DNA of 64,000 nucleotides from an uncultured bacterium (GTDB lineage Bacteria; Omnitrophota; Gorgyraeia; Zapsychrales; Aceulaceae): NCBI GenBank assembly GCA_937930175.1, contig CALGLP010000006.1, positions 1,749 to 65,748 of the forward strand, read 5' to 3'. Shown piece by piece: positions 55,559 to 64,000 of this stretch (position 1 is its first letter; each line of letters starts with the position of its first letter). The notes under the pieces were generated by a model. It saw only the letters and a program-made list of their open reading frames with translations, ran no database searches and was not told where the DNA came from. The position numbers and the translations under genes were made by a program.

Positions 55559-56545
55559 ATGAGTTTAAGAAAAAAATGTGTATTGATTACAGGCGCGGGA
55601 GGATTTATTGGGTCTCATCTAACGGAGAAATTAGTTGATTCCGGATATGCAGTCAAAGCCTTTGTTCACTATAACTCTAGGAATTCCTGGGGCTGGTTGG
55701 ATTCTTCAGCATGTAAAGCGAGGATAGAAGTCATTTCTGGCGATATTCGGGACATGGATATTGTTCGACATGCGATGCGTGATGTAGACATAGTTTTTCA
55801 TCTCGCAGCCTTGATCGGTATTCCATATTCTTATCATTCTCCTGAAGCTTATGTTGATACAAATATTAAGGGGACTTTAAATATTTTGCAGGCCGCACGT
55901 GATTTTTCTCCCAAGAAAGTTGTTGTCACTTCTACGAGTGAGATCTATGGGACGGCTCAATTCGTTCCGATCACAGAGGCGCACCCTGTTAATCCTCAAT
56001 CTCCCTATGCGGCAACTAAATCCGCAGCCGATCTTCTTGCGCTGTCATTTCATCGTTCGTTCAATCTGCCTGTGGCAATTGTCCGACCATTTAATACGTA
56101 TGGCCCTAGGCAATCAGCACGCGCGGTAATTCCCACAATCATTGTTCAGATACTTAGCGGCAAAAAGAATATAAAGCTTGGCGCTTTAACGCCGACTCGC
56201 GATCTAACCTATGTCGAAGATACGGTTGACGGTTTTATTCGTGCGGGAGAATGTTCCAAATCCGCAGGTGAAATCATTAATTTTGGCAATAATTCAGAGA
56301 TTTCAATTGGAGATATGGCCAGATTAATTTCTCAGTATCTTGATCGAGAGATAAAGATCGAATCTGATCAAAAGCGAAAAAGACCGCTCAAAAGTGAAGT
56401 TGAAAGGCTTTGGGCTGATAATGCAAAAGCCAAGCGGATGTTAAACTGGACTCCAAAATACAGCTTAGAAGCGGGTTTGAAAAAAACGATCGCATGGTTT
56501 AAGCAAAACAAAGATATCTATAAATCTGAAAATTATAACATATAA
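55559..56545 (+). CDS. NAD-dependent nucleotide-sugar 4,6-dehydratase/epimerase (SDR family; LegB/PseB-like candidate)
   Basis: Start at the ATG after AAGGAA. GAGGFIGSHL Rossmann motif. YxxxK region (YAATKSAADL). Confidence 0.7.
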   Translation: MSLRKKCVLITGAGGFIGSHLTEKLVDSGYAVKAFVHYNSRNSWGWLDSSACKARIEVISGDIRDMDIVRHAMRDVDIVFHLAALIGIPYSYHSPEAYVDTNIKGTLNILQAARDFSPKKVVVTSTSEIYGTAQFVPITEAHPVNPQSPYAATKSAADLLALSFHRSFNLPVAIVRPFNTYGPRQSARAVIPTIIVQILSGKKNIKLGALTPTRDLTYVEDTVDGFIRAGECSKSAGEIINFGNNSEISIGDMARLISQYLDREIKIESDQKRKRPLKSEVERLWADNAKAKRMLNWTPKYSLEAGLKKTIAWFKQNKDIYKSENYNI

Positions 56546-56555
56546 AAGGTAATTT

Positions 56556-57722
56556 ATGATCCCGCTTTCTGTGCCAAATTTAAAAGGCAACGAATTACAA
56601 TACGTCAAGCAATGCATTGATACCAATTGGGTTTCTTCTGCCGGAAGTTTTGTGGAGAAATTTGAAGACGCCATCTGCCAATATGTTAAGGCCCCATTTG
56701 CCATTGCCTGCGTCAACGGTACTTCTGGTTTACAGATCGCCCTTAAACTTTGCGGAGTGAGGGATGGCGATGAAGTGATCGTTCCCACGCTTACTTTTAT
56801 CGCACCGGTAAATGTGGTCAAATATGTAGGCGCAGAACCTATTTTTATGGATTGCGATGATTATATGAATATAGATTGTGTTAAGCTACGTGAATTTTGC
56901 GTGAAAGAGTGTCTTGTGACAAAGGCGGGATTAAAGAATAAAAAAACAAAGAAGATCATCAAGGCGGTTATTCCGGTTCACGTTTTCGGAAATCCTTGCG
57001 ACATGCAAGAGATCATGAAGATCGCCAAGGCGTATCGTTTAAAAGTTGTTGAAGACGCGACGGAAAGCCTAGGATCGTGTTATACGGCAGGCGTTTATCG
57101 AGGCAAGTCAACAGGAACCATTGGCGATATGGGAGTTTTTTCATTTAATGGAAATAAAATAATCACTACCGGCGGCGGCGGGATGATCGTGACCAACAAC
57201 AAGCTGTTAGCGAAAAAAACAATGTATTTGACCAATCAGGCCAAGGATGACCCTGTTAAATATATTCATCATGAGATCGGATATAATTTTCGTCTTACCA
57301 ATTTACAAGCTGCTTTAGGGTTAGCTCAACTTGAACAATTGAAAGGCTTTATTGCCATCAAGAAGAGAAATTATGAATCATATAAGGGGCTGCTAAAGGG
57401 CATTTCTGGCCTTGAGATGCTTGGAACGCCAAAGGCCAGCGCTCCCAATTATTGGTTTTATTCATTGCTAGTCGAGAAAAAAGCTTATGGCATGGATCGA
57501 GAAAAGCTTATGCATTGCTTAACAAAAAAGAATATTCAATCTCGGCCTATCTGGCAGTTGAATCACCGACAACGCCCTTATTGTCGGAATCAGGCCTATC
57601 AGATCGAAAAAGCTCCCTGGTTTTGGCAAAGGGTTTTAAATTTACCCTGCAGCACAAGCTTGACGCTTAAGGATATAAGATTTATTTCTTCAACGATTCG
57701 ACATTTAAGCGGAGATCAATAA
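56556..57722 (+). CDS. DegT/DnrJ/EryC1/StrS-family PLP-dependent sugar aminotransferase
   Basis: 388 aa. Lys region FSFNGNKIITTGGGGM typical of the family. Confidence 0.85.
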   Translation: MIPLSVPNLKGNELQYVKQCIDTNWVSSAGSFVEKFEDAICQYVKAPFAIACVNGTSGLQIALKLCGVRDGDEVIVPTLTFIAPVNVVKYVGAEPIFMDCDDYMNIDCVKLREFCVKECLVTKAGLKNKKTKKIIKAVIPVHVFGNPCDMQEIMKIAKAYRLKVVEDATESLGSCYTAGVYRGKSTGTIGDMGVFSFNGNKIITTGGGGMIVTNNKLLAKKTMYLTNQAKDDPVKYIHHEIGYNFRLTNLQAALGLAQLEQLKGFIAIKKRNYESYKGLLKGISGLEMLGTPKASAPNYWFYSLLVEKKAYGMDREKLMHCLTKKNIQSRPIWQLNHRQRPYCRNQAYQIEKAPWFWQRVLNLPCSTSLTLKDIRFISSTIRHLSGDQ

Positions 57723-57726
57723 GATC

Positions 57727-58791
57727 ATGGAAAAAGTGAAAAAAATCTTGATCAAACCCGGCAGCATCATCAAGCAGGCATTGAAGCAGATGGATGTCAT
57801 GGGTGAAAAAACACTCATTGTTGTGGATGATCAAAACAAGATCCTGGGGACAACCACAGACGGTGACATCAGAAGATGGATCCTTAAAGGAAAAAGTTTG
57901 AGCGAAGATGTGACATGCGTCATGAACAGCCATCCTTTAACCTTAAAAGAAGGTTTTGCCAGAGAAGCCGCTAAACAGTTAATGTTAAAAAAAGAAATTG
58001 AGTGTTTACCGGTCGTGGACGCAACGAATAAAGTTATCGCTTCGGTTTGGTGGCCTGATCTTTTTGAAAATAAACCAAAGAAAACTAAAAGTCTTAAACT
58101 TCCTGTTGTGATCATGGCCGGAGGCGAAGGAGTTCGCCTGGCTCCTTATACCAAGATCCTCCCCAAGCCCCTGATGCCGATAGGCGATACGCCGGTTGTT
58201 GAGATGATCATTGATAGGTTTTCTCGATATGGATGTAATGATTTTTATCTTTCGTTAAACTACAAAGCAAATCTTATCAAGGCTTATTTTAGTGATTTTG
58301 ACCATCCGTATAAAATTAATTATATTTTGGAAAGCAAGCCCTTAGGAACCGCAGGAAGCCTGCATTTGCTAAAAAATAAGATCAAAAAAAAATTTTTTGT
58401 TAGCAACTGCGATGTTTTGATCGAGGCGGATTATGCCGATATGCTTAAGTTTCACATCGAGAAGGAGAATAAGATAACTCTTATTTCTTCCATGAAGAAT
58501 TTTACCATTCCTTATGGCGTATGTGAAATTCAACGTGGGGGTATTTTAAAGAATATTCACGAAAAGCCAGAGCATGATTTTTTAGTGAACACAGGCATGT
58601 ATATTTTAGAGCCAGCGGTTCTTGCGGATATCCCGACGAATCATTTTTATAATATGACGGATTTGATCAATGATTATTTAAAACAAGGCGAAAAGGTTGG
58701 CGTTTATCCGGTTTCCGAAAAAGCCTGGCTCGATATTGGACAATTTGAAGCGCTGAGCGAAACACTCAAAAAGTTTGAGGTTAAAGCATAG
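57727..58791 (+). CDS. CBS-pair + sugar-phosphate nucleotidyltransferase (PtmE-like)
   Basis: N-terminal tandem CBS domains. MAGGEGVRLAPYTKILPKPLMPIGDTPVV NTP-transferase signature. Confidence 0.7.
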   Translation: MEKVKKILIKPGSIIKQALKQMDVMGEKTLIVVDDQNKILGTTTDGDIRRWILKGKSLSEDVTCVMNSHPLTLKEGFAREAAKQLMLKKEIECLPVVDATNKVIASVWWPDLFENKPKKTKSLKLPVVIMAGGEGVRLAPYTKILPKPLMPIGDTPVVEMIIDRFSRYGCNDFYLSLNYKANLIKAYFSDFDHPYKINYILESKPLGTAGSLHLLKNKIKKKFFVSNCDVLIEADYADMLKFHIEKENKITLISSMKNFTIPYGVCEIQRGGILKNIHEKPEHDFLVNTGMYILEPAVLADIPTNHFYNMTDLINDYLKQGEKVGVYPVSEKAWLDIGQFEALSETLKKFEVKA

Positions 58792-58794
58792 ATC

Positions 58795-59442
58795 ATGAAA
58801 AAGAACATATTGCTTATCGGAGCAGGCGGACATTGCAAGGTGGTGCTCGATGTGCTTCTTTCTAGCAAAAATTACGAGGTAGCCGGAATTGTTGATCTTA
58901 AAGATCGCGTTGGATCTAAGGTTCTTGGCATTCCAGTCATCGGAACGGATCTAGAATTACCCCGTTTTTTTAAATCAGGTATCAAAAATTGTTTCATTAC
59001 CGTCGGAAGTGTCGGTAACCCAAGGCTTAGAGTTCATCTTTATCAGATGGCTCAAAAGATAGGTTTTACATTTCCCAATGTCATCAGCCCAAAGGCTTTG
59101 GTGTCTTCTTTTGCGATCCTAGGACAGGGAAATTATATCGCTCCTGGGGTGATCATTAACGCTGGATCAAAAATAGGAAACAACTGTATCATTAACACGA
59201 GTGCCATCGTTGAGCATGATTGCACCATCGGTGATTTTGTTCATTTATCGCCGGGTTCCATTTTAAGCGGGGATGTCATCGTTGGTGATCATGCGCACAT
59301 AGGTTCGGGTGGTGTGGTCATACAGAATTTAGCAATAGGCCCAAAGGCCGTTGTTGGGGCGGGAAGCGTTGTGACGAAAAATATCCGCAAGAATATGGTT
59401 GCCTACGGCAATCCATGCAAAGAAAGAAAGAAAAATGTCTAA
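58795..59442 (+). CDS. NeuD/PglD-family sugar acetyltransferase (left-handed beta-helix)
   Basis: N-terminal Rossmann-like ILLIGAGGHCKVVLDVL. Hexapeptide repeats in the C-terminal half. Confidence 0.75.
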   Translation: MKKNILLIGAGGHCKVVLDVLLSSKNYEVAGIVDLKDRVGSKVLGIPVIGTDLELPRFFKSGIKNCFITVGSVGNPRLRVHLYQMAQKIGFTFPNVISPKALVSSFAILGQGNYIAPGVIINAGSKIGNNCIINTSAIVEHDCTIGDFVHLSPGSILSGDVIVGDHAHIGSGGVVIQNLAIGPKAVVGAGSVVTKNIRKNMVAYGNPCKERKKNV

Positions 59443-60463
59443 GGTTTTTATTATCGCTGAAGCCGGTATTAACCATCAAGGATCTCTTGCGATCGCAAAA
59501 AAGATGGTAGAGACAGCGGCAAGTGCAGGAGCGGATGCCATTAAGTTCCAAACCTTTAAAGCGCAGGCCCTTGCGTCCAAGGCCGCGTCGAAAGCGCCGT
59601 ATCAAAAGAAAACAACGGGCAAGAGGGAAAGCCAGGTAAAGATGCTAGAGAAGCTAGAACTGGATCTCAAAGCCCACAAGGAATTGATGAAATGTTGCCG
59701 GGCAAATAAAATTATGTTTCTTTCCTCAGCGTTTGATTTGGAAAGCACTGATCTCTTGGCACGTTTAGGACTAAAAACGTTTAAAATCCCTTCAGGCGAA
59801 ATAACAAATCTGCCGTATTTGCGCAAAGTGGGATCCTTGCGAAGAAAAATCATTTTATCGACGGGAATGTCAACGCTTGCAGAAGTCAAAGAGGCTCTTA
59901 ACATTCTAATAAAGAGCGGTACAAAGAAAAAAAACATCACTATCTTGCATTGCAATACCGAGTATCCAACGCCTTTTGCGGATGTGAATTTATTGGCCAT
60001 GGTAACCATGAAAGATGCTTTGGGCGTACAGGTTGGCTATTCTGATCATACGTTAGGAAGCGAGGTTGCGATTGCCGCCGTTGCGCTTGGCGCCACCGTC
60101 ATTGAAAAACATTTTACGTTAGACAAAAAGGCGAAAGGGCCAGATCATAAAGCATCGCTAGAGCCTTTGGAGCTAAAGGCAATGATCTTGGCTATCAGAA
60201 ATGTTAAAATCGCGCTCGGCTCGAGGGTAAAAAAGGTTTCTGCGTCTGAAGTAAAAAACATCAGCATGGCAAGAAAGAGTATTGTGGCGGCTAGGCCCAT
60301 ACAAAAAGGTGAGATCTTTACTAAAGAAAATATTATGGTCAAGAGGCCGGGACATGGCCTCAGCCCTATGCGTTGGGATCAAGTGATAGGGCGGCTAGCA
60401 GGCCAAGATTATCGAAGTGATGATCTTATCCAGTTTGGCAAAATAAAAGGCGATAAAAAGTGA
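59435..60463 (+). CDS. NeuB-family nonulosonic acid synthase with C-terminal SAF domain
   Basis: Start at internal ATG (MSKVFIIAEAGINHQGS...). TIM-barrel NeuB motifs. C-terminal SAF/antifreeze-like domain. Confidence 0.85.
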   Translation: MSKVFIIAEAGINHQGSLAIAKKMVETAASAGADAIKFQTFKAQALASKAASKAPYQKKTTGKRESQVKMLEKLELDLKAHKELMKCCRANKIMFLSSAFDLESTDLLARLGLKTFKIPSGEITNLPYLRKVGSLRRKIILSTGMSTLAEVKEALNILIKSGTKKKNITILHCNTEYPTPFADVNLLAMVTMKDALGVQVGYSDHTLGSEVAIAAVALGATVIEKHFTLDKKAKGPDHKASLEPLELKAMILAIRNVKIALGSRVKKVSASEVKNISMARKSIVAARPIQKGEIFTKENIMVKRPGHGLSPMRWDQVIGRLAGQDYRSDDLIQFGKIKGDKK

Positions 60464-61239
60464 ACAGCATTAACATCCTTGGTTATGGAGTTATGGGTAA
60501 GCAGATAGCCTCTCTTTTTTATCTTGGGGGCTTTGAAGTCAACATTTGGAACGATGTTCCAATGAAAGAAGCTGATCTTTTGAGACAAATCAAACTAACG
60601 GGAAAAGAGATCGCTTCACGAGATCAAGGAAAAATTAATTATGTTTATGATCTAGATAGCCTGCCACAAAGCGTTACGATCGAGGCCGTTGTCGAAGATC
60701 TTGTGATCAAACAGGATTTGCATCAAAGGATAGGCAAAAGATTTAGTATGCCGTATTTTACTAATTCATCTTCTTTTGCGCCTACGGAGATCGAAAAAAA
60801 TGTCAATGGCTTGCATTTCTTTAACCCGATAACGCTGGGCTTAGTAGAATTATATTTGAGTCAGAAGGAAATAGAGCGCCAGATCCAACCCATTTTAGAA
60901 ATGTTAAGAGCTTTTCATTTTGAGATTGTTGAGGTGCTTTCGAATCGAGGTTACGTTGGGAACTATCTATTGTTTAGAGAAATATCAAGCTTCTTTAAGC
61001 TGATCGAAGAACACCATTATCCGCTTGAAGTGGCTATCAAAACATATGCGAAGCTATATGCGGGCCGCAATATTATCAAGATCATTGATCTCATTGGGCT
61101 TGATGTGGTTTATAAAATATTAGTGAATTTAAAAGCAGAAGACAGCACCCTTTATCTTCCAAAGTGTTTTGAGGCTGCGCTGGCTAAAAATATTTTTGGT
61201 CGTAAAAACAAGACTTCGATCGCGCAGGTCTTGCAATGA
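60460..61239 (+). CDS. NAD-binding protein, 3-hydroxyacyl-CoA dehydrogenase N-domain-like
   Basis: INILGYGVMGKQIA Rossmann motif and VTIEAVVEDLVIKQDL resemble 3HCDH_N. Function within the cluster unknown. Confidence 0.4.
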   Translation: MNSINILGYGVMGKQIASLFYLGGFEVNIWNDVPMKEADLLRQIKLTGKEIASRDQGKINYVYDLDSLPQSVTIEAVVEDLVIKQDLHQRIGKRFSMPYFTNSSSFAPTEIEKNVNGLHFFNPITLGLVELYLSQKEIERQIQPILEMLRAFHFEIVEVLSNRGYVGNYLLFREISSFFKLIEEHHYPLEVAIKTYAKLYAGRNIIKIIDLIGLDVVYKILVNLKAEDSTLYLPKCFEAALAKNIFGRKNKTSIAQVLQ

Positions 61240-62045
61240 ATTTGAGTTTTAAGTTGATAACCAAGGCCAAGGCCTTGGTCGAGCACCAGCAGCAAATTTT
61301 TAGTCTTTTTGAAGAATGTTTTGCCAAGCCGCTTTGTGAAAGATTATGGCAATGGGCTTTTTTAGAAAATCCATGTGGTGAGCCGATCGTGTCGCTTTGT
61401 TTCAATGATGAAAACAAATTAGTGGGCCATTATGCGGTCATTCCTTTGATTTTAAGAAATAAGAATGGCGTCGTTAACTCTTGTTTATCGATGACGACCA
61501 TGGTTCATTCGCATTATCGGCTATACGGTGTATTTGCTGATCAAGCTCATCAGGTCTATGAGGAGGCAAAAAAGCGTGGCGTGCAATTGGTCATTGGATT
61601 TCCAAATACAAACTCAGCTCCTGGGTTTAAAAAACGCTTGGGGTGGACGATTAACGAATCAGATTACATGGCGTGTGTCGAAAAACAACAACTGGTGAAA
61701 AGTTCTGATTTTAAGAAGATATGTGAAGATCCAGATTTACTTGATTTGGATATCCATGATAAAAGATATCGGCAATGGAGGCTGTCAAAGCCCGGCGTTG
61801 AGTATCTGGATAGAGGTGAGGTGATCTTAAAGAAGTTCGAGCGCCAATACGATCTGGTTTACGTCGGGAAAGGTTTTGCCGAAAGCCTGCGTGAAGGAGA
61901 GCAATATAATATTTTAATCGATGGAGCGGTTCAGGATTTCAGAAAAAGTTTTCTTTTTGGCTATCCGCTTGGTTATAAGATGATGGGTGACAACATGATT
62001 AATCCTGCATTTAAAAGAAATATGCTTATGTCGGACGTGTTTTAA
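61236..62045 (+). CDS. GNAT/FemAB-like acyltransferase-fold protein
   Basis: 269 aa. Weak GNAT-like core (VGHYAVIPL...). Such genes commonly accompany nonulosonic acid clusters. Confidence 0.4.
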   Translation: MNLSFKLITKAKALVEHQQQIFSLFEECFAKPLCERLWQWAFLENPCGEPIVSLCFNDENKLVGHYAVIPLILRNKNGVVNSCLSMTTMVHSHYRLYGVFADQAHQVYEEAKKRGVQLVIGFPNTNSAPGFKKRLGWTINESDYMACVEKQQLVKSSDFKKICEDPDLLDLDIHDKRYRQWRLSKPGVEYLDRGEVILKKFERQYDLVYVGKGFAESLREGEQYNILIDGAVQDFRKSFLFGYPLGYKMMGDNMINPAFKRNMLMSDVF

Positions 62046-63202
62046 TGAAAAAAATCCTTACCTTTACTTCTATTCGTTCAGATTATGATTTGATGAGCAG
62101 ATTGTATCGCCTGCTGGACGATGACCCGGAGATCGACTTGCGTTTTGTAGTTTCCGGCGCTCACTTATCTAAAACATATGGCTTTACGATCAAGGAACTT
62201 TATAAAGATGGTTTTAGAAAGATTAAAAGATTTAAAACATTAGCAAAGACAGACTCAAAGTCTTCGCGCATCAGGACAGCGGGATTTTTATTGGTTAAGG
62301 TAATAGATTTTGTTGAAACATACGCCCCGGATTTGATCATCTGCGCCGGAGACCGCGAGGATATGATGATGGCCGCGCTTATTGCCGGTTACCTGGGGAT
62401 TCCGTTTGTGCATTTTTTTGGAGGAGACCATGTCGCTGATGGGCATATTGATAATCCGGTCAGGAATGCGATTTCAAAACTAGCAACGGCACATATGGTA
62501 AGCACGAAGGAGCATCGGCAAAGGTTAATAGCCTTAGGAGAAGAGAAAAAAAGAATTTTTGTGATCGGAAGCATTGCGCTTGATAAGTTTAGAGATCTTC
62601 CGCCGATCTCTTCTCAGGAGATTAGAAAAAAGTTTAAGATCGCTAAAGGGTTTGAAAAGCATGCGTTGGTTATTTTTCATGTGATACCCAAAGAAGAAAA
62701 AAAGGCTGTTGCGTATTTTAAGAATATTTTGCGAGTTTTAGAGAGCAAGGGAATCGATGCTTTTGTGAGTTATCCCAATACAGACCCCGGAGGCCAAAAG
62801 ATCATTAAACAGATAGAGCGAAACCGGAACAATAAGAATTTTTATTTTTATCAGAATTTGGAACGAGAGGCGTTTTTGTCTATCTATAAGAGCGCAGAAT
62901 TTATTATTGGAAATTCTTCATCTGGGATCATGGAAGCTGCTTCTATTCCGTTACCGGCCATCAACGTGGGATTGCGCCAAAAACAAAGGATGTGCGGGAA
63001 AAATGTCGTCTTTTGCGCCGGTAGCTGCCACGCGATCGAGAAAGCCATTGATCAAGTCTGTACCAGTTCATTTCGAAACAATTTAAAGAAGATGAAAAAT
63101 CCTTATGGAGACGGAACAAGCAGCAAGCGAGCGTATCAGTTAATAAAAAAGATTGATTTTGATTCCTTAAAATACAAAGACGAAGATCCCCTTAATCATT
63201 GA
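62045..63202 (+). CDS. UDP-N-acetylglucosamine 2-epimerase (hydrolysing), NeuC/LegG-like
   Basis: ILTFTSIRSDYDLMSRL N-terminus. DRED-like ICAGDREDMM region. 385 aa. Confidence 0.8.
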   Translation: MKKILTFTSIRSDYDLMSRLYRLLDDDPEIDLRFVVSGAHLSKTYGFTIKELYKDGFRKIKRFKTLAKTDSKSSRIRTAGFLLVKVIDFVETYAPDLIICAGDREDMMMAALIAGYLGIPFVHFFGGDHVADGHIDNPVRNAISKLATAHMVSTKEHRQRLIALGEEKKRIFVIGSIALDKFRDLPPISSQEIRKKFKIAKGFEKHALVIFHVIPKEEKKAVAYFKNILRVLESKGIDAFVSYPNTDPGGQKIIKQIERNRNNKNFYFYQNLEREAFLSIYKSAEFIIGNSSSGIMEAASIPLPAINVGLRQKQRMCGKNVVFCAGSCHAIEKAIDQVCTSSFRNNLKKMKNPYGDGTSSKRAYQLIKKIDFDSLKYKDEDPLNH

Positions 63203-63221
63203 TAATAAGAGGAGGGTTGTT

Positions 63222-63881
63222 ATGAAGGTTTTAGTTGTTTCACCTCATCCCGATGATGAAACGTTAGGCGCTGGCGGCACACTTTTAAAATTTAAAAAAC
63301 AAGGCCATAAAATTTTCTGGATTAATTTTACCGACATGAGTCAAGAATACGGCTATTGTGCTCAAGATGTTGCCGCAAGGCAGAGCGCGATTAAAAAGGT
63401 CAACAAGGCCTATGGGTTTGATGGATTTTTTAATTTGCGCCTCAAGCCATGCTTTGTCTCAGAACATCCGACAACAGAGTTGCTTGATCAAGTGAAAAAG
63501 ATCCTAGCTAAAGTTAAGCCTGATACGGTTATTTTGCCGTTTAAAAACGACCCACATTCAGATCACAGGACTATTTTTGAAATCGTTTATGCATGCACTA
63601 AGATCTTTCGCGCTCCTTTTATCAAAGAAATTCTTATGATGGAGATTTTATCTGAGACAGAGTTTTCTAGCAGCGACTATGGATTTGTTCCCAATTATTT
63701 TGTCGATATTTCTTCTTTTTTAGAAAAGAAAATGCGCATCATGCAGAATTATAAAAAGGAACTTGGGGCTCATCCTTTTCCGCGCAGCCTCGATGCTATC
63801 AAGTCATTGGCGACGGTCAGAGGAGCTGCAGCCGGCTGTCAATATGCCGAAGCTTTTGTATTAATTAAAGCAATTCATTAA
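63222..63881 (+). CDS. PIG-L/LmbE-family N-acetylglucosaminyl deacetylase
   Basis: VVSPHPDDETLGAGGTL signature. HxDH region (HSDHRT). Confidence 0.8.
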   Translation: MKVLVVSPHPDDETLGAGGTLLKFKKQGHKIFWINFTDMSQEYGYCAQDVAARQSAIKKVNKAYGFDGFFNLRLKPCFVSEHPTTELLDQVKKILAKVKPDTVILPFKNDPHSDHRTIFEIVYACTKIFRAPFIKEILMMEILSETEFSSSDYGFVPNYFVDISSFLEKKMRIMQNYKKELGAHPFPRSLDAIKSLATVRGAAAGCQYAEAFVLIKAIH

Positions 63882-63894
63882 ACGAGGTGCTAGA

Positions 63895-64000
63895 TGTATA
63901 AAAATCTTTTTTCATGCAAGAATAAAATTGTCATCGTCGTCGGCGGAGCGGGCTTGATCGGCAGTGAAATCGTCAAAGGTTTAAGCGATTTTGGCGCCAA
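63895..64000 (+). CDS. Short-chain dehydrogenase/reductase (5' partial, continues beyond window)
   Basis: KIVIVVGGAGLIGSEIVKGL Rossmann motif. ORF runs off the window end. Confidence 0.5.

Overview
This is a low-GC (about 40-45%) bacterial chromosomal window, read from sequence and the ORF track only. The housekeeping backbone is recG, rsmD, coaD, yceD-rpmF-plsX-fabH-fabD, a DEAD-box helicase, serS and tRNA-Ser(TGA). Several accessory modules are interleaved with it.

1. Four copies (one with an in-frame amber stop) of the small four-helix-bundle '23S rRNA intervening-sequence protein' gene. Each sits in an intergenic site and is flanked by its own pair of inverted repeats. Related solo palindromic elements occur in other intergenic gaps.
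2. An AT-rich insertion right after fabD carrying a histidine-less FabZ-like hotdog, two KAS-type ketosynthases and an O-methyltransferase.
3. A dense signalling island: two 7TM-type histidine kinases, three single-domain receivers, HD-GYP, and an XRE-cupin regulator. It has been invaded by a brnTA-like toxin-antitoxin cassette with an in-frame TAA in the toxin and a roughly 55 bp duplication of a receiver gene 3' end.
4. A giant 2609 aa Rhs/teneurin-like polymorphic toxin. It carries an SpvB N-domain, FG-GAP repeats, YD repeats, three tandem copies of an unrecognised ~145 aa domain, an RHS core with DPxGL, a glycine-zipper region and a YiiX-like permuted papain C-terminal domain. Two paralogous lipoprotein (presumed immunity) genes follow it.
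5. A structured non-coding region with a rho-independent terminator.
6. An STT3/PglB-like oligosaccharyltransferase homologue with a variant WWDYG motif, co-oriented with a secreted S1 protease.
7. A legionaminic-acid-like nonulosonic-acid cluster (PtmE-like CBS-NTP transferase, 4,6-dehydratase, aminotransferase, NeuD, NeuB, NeuC-like genes). It is preceded by wzz and a gmd carrying an in-frame TAG.

No rRNA, CRISPR array or transposase was seen. All three stop codons terminate ordinary genes here, so the in-frame stops are interpreted as pseudogenes or sequencing errors, not recoding.
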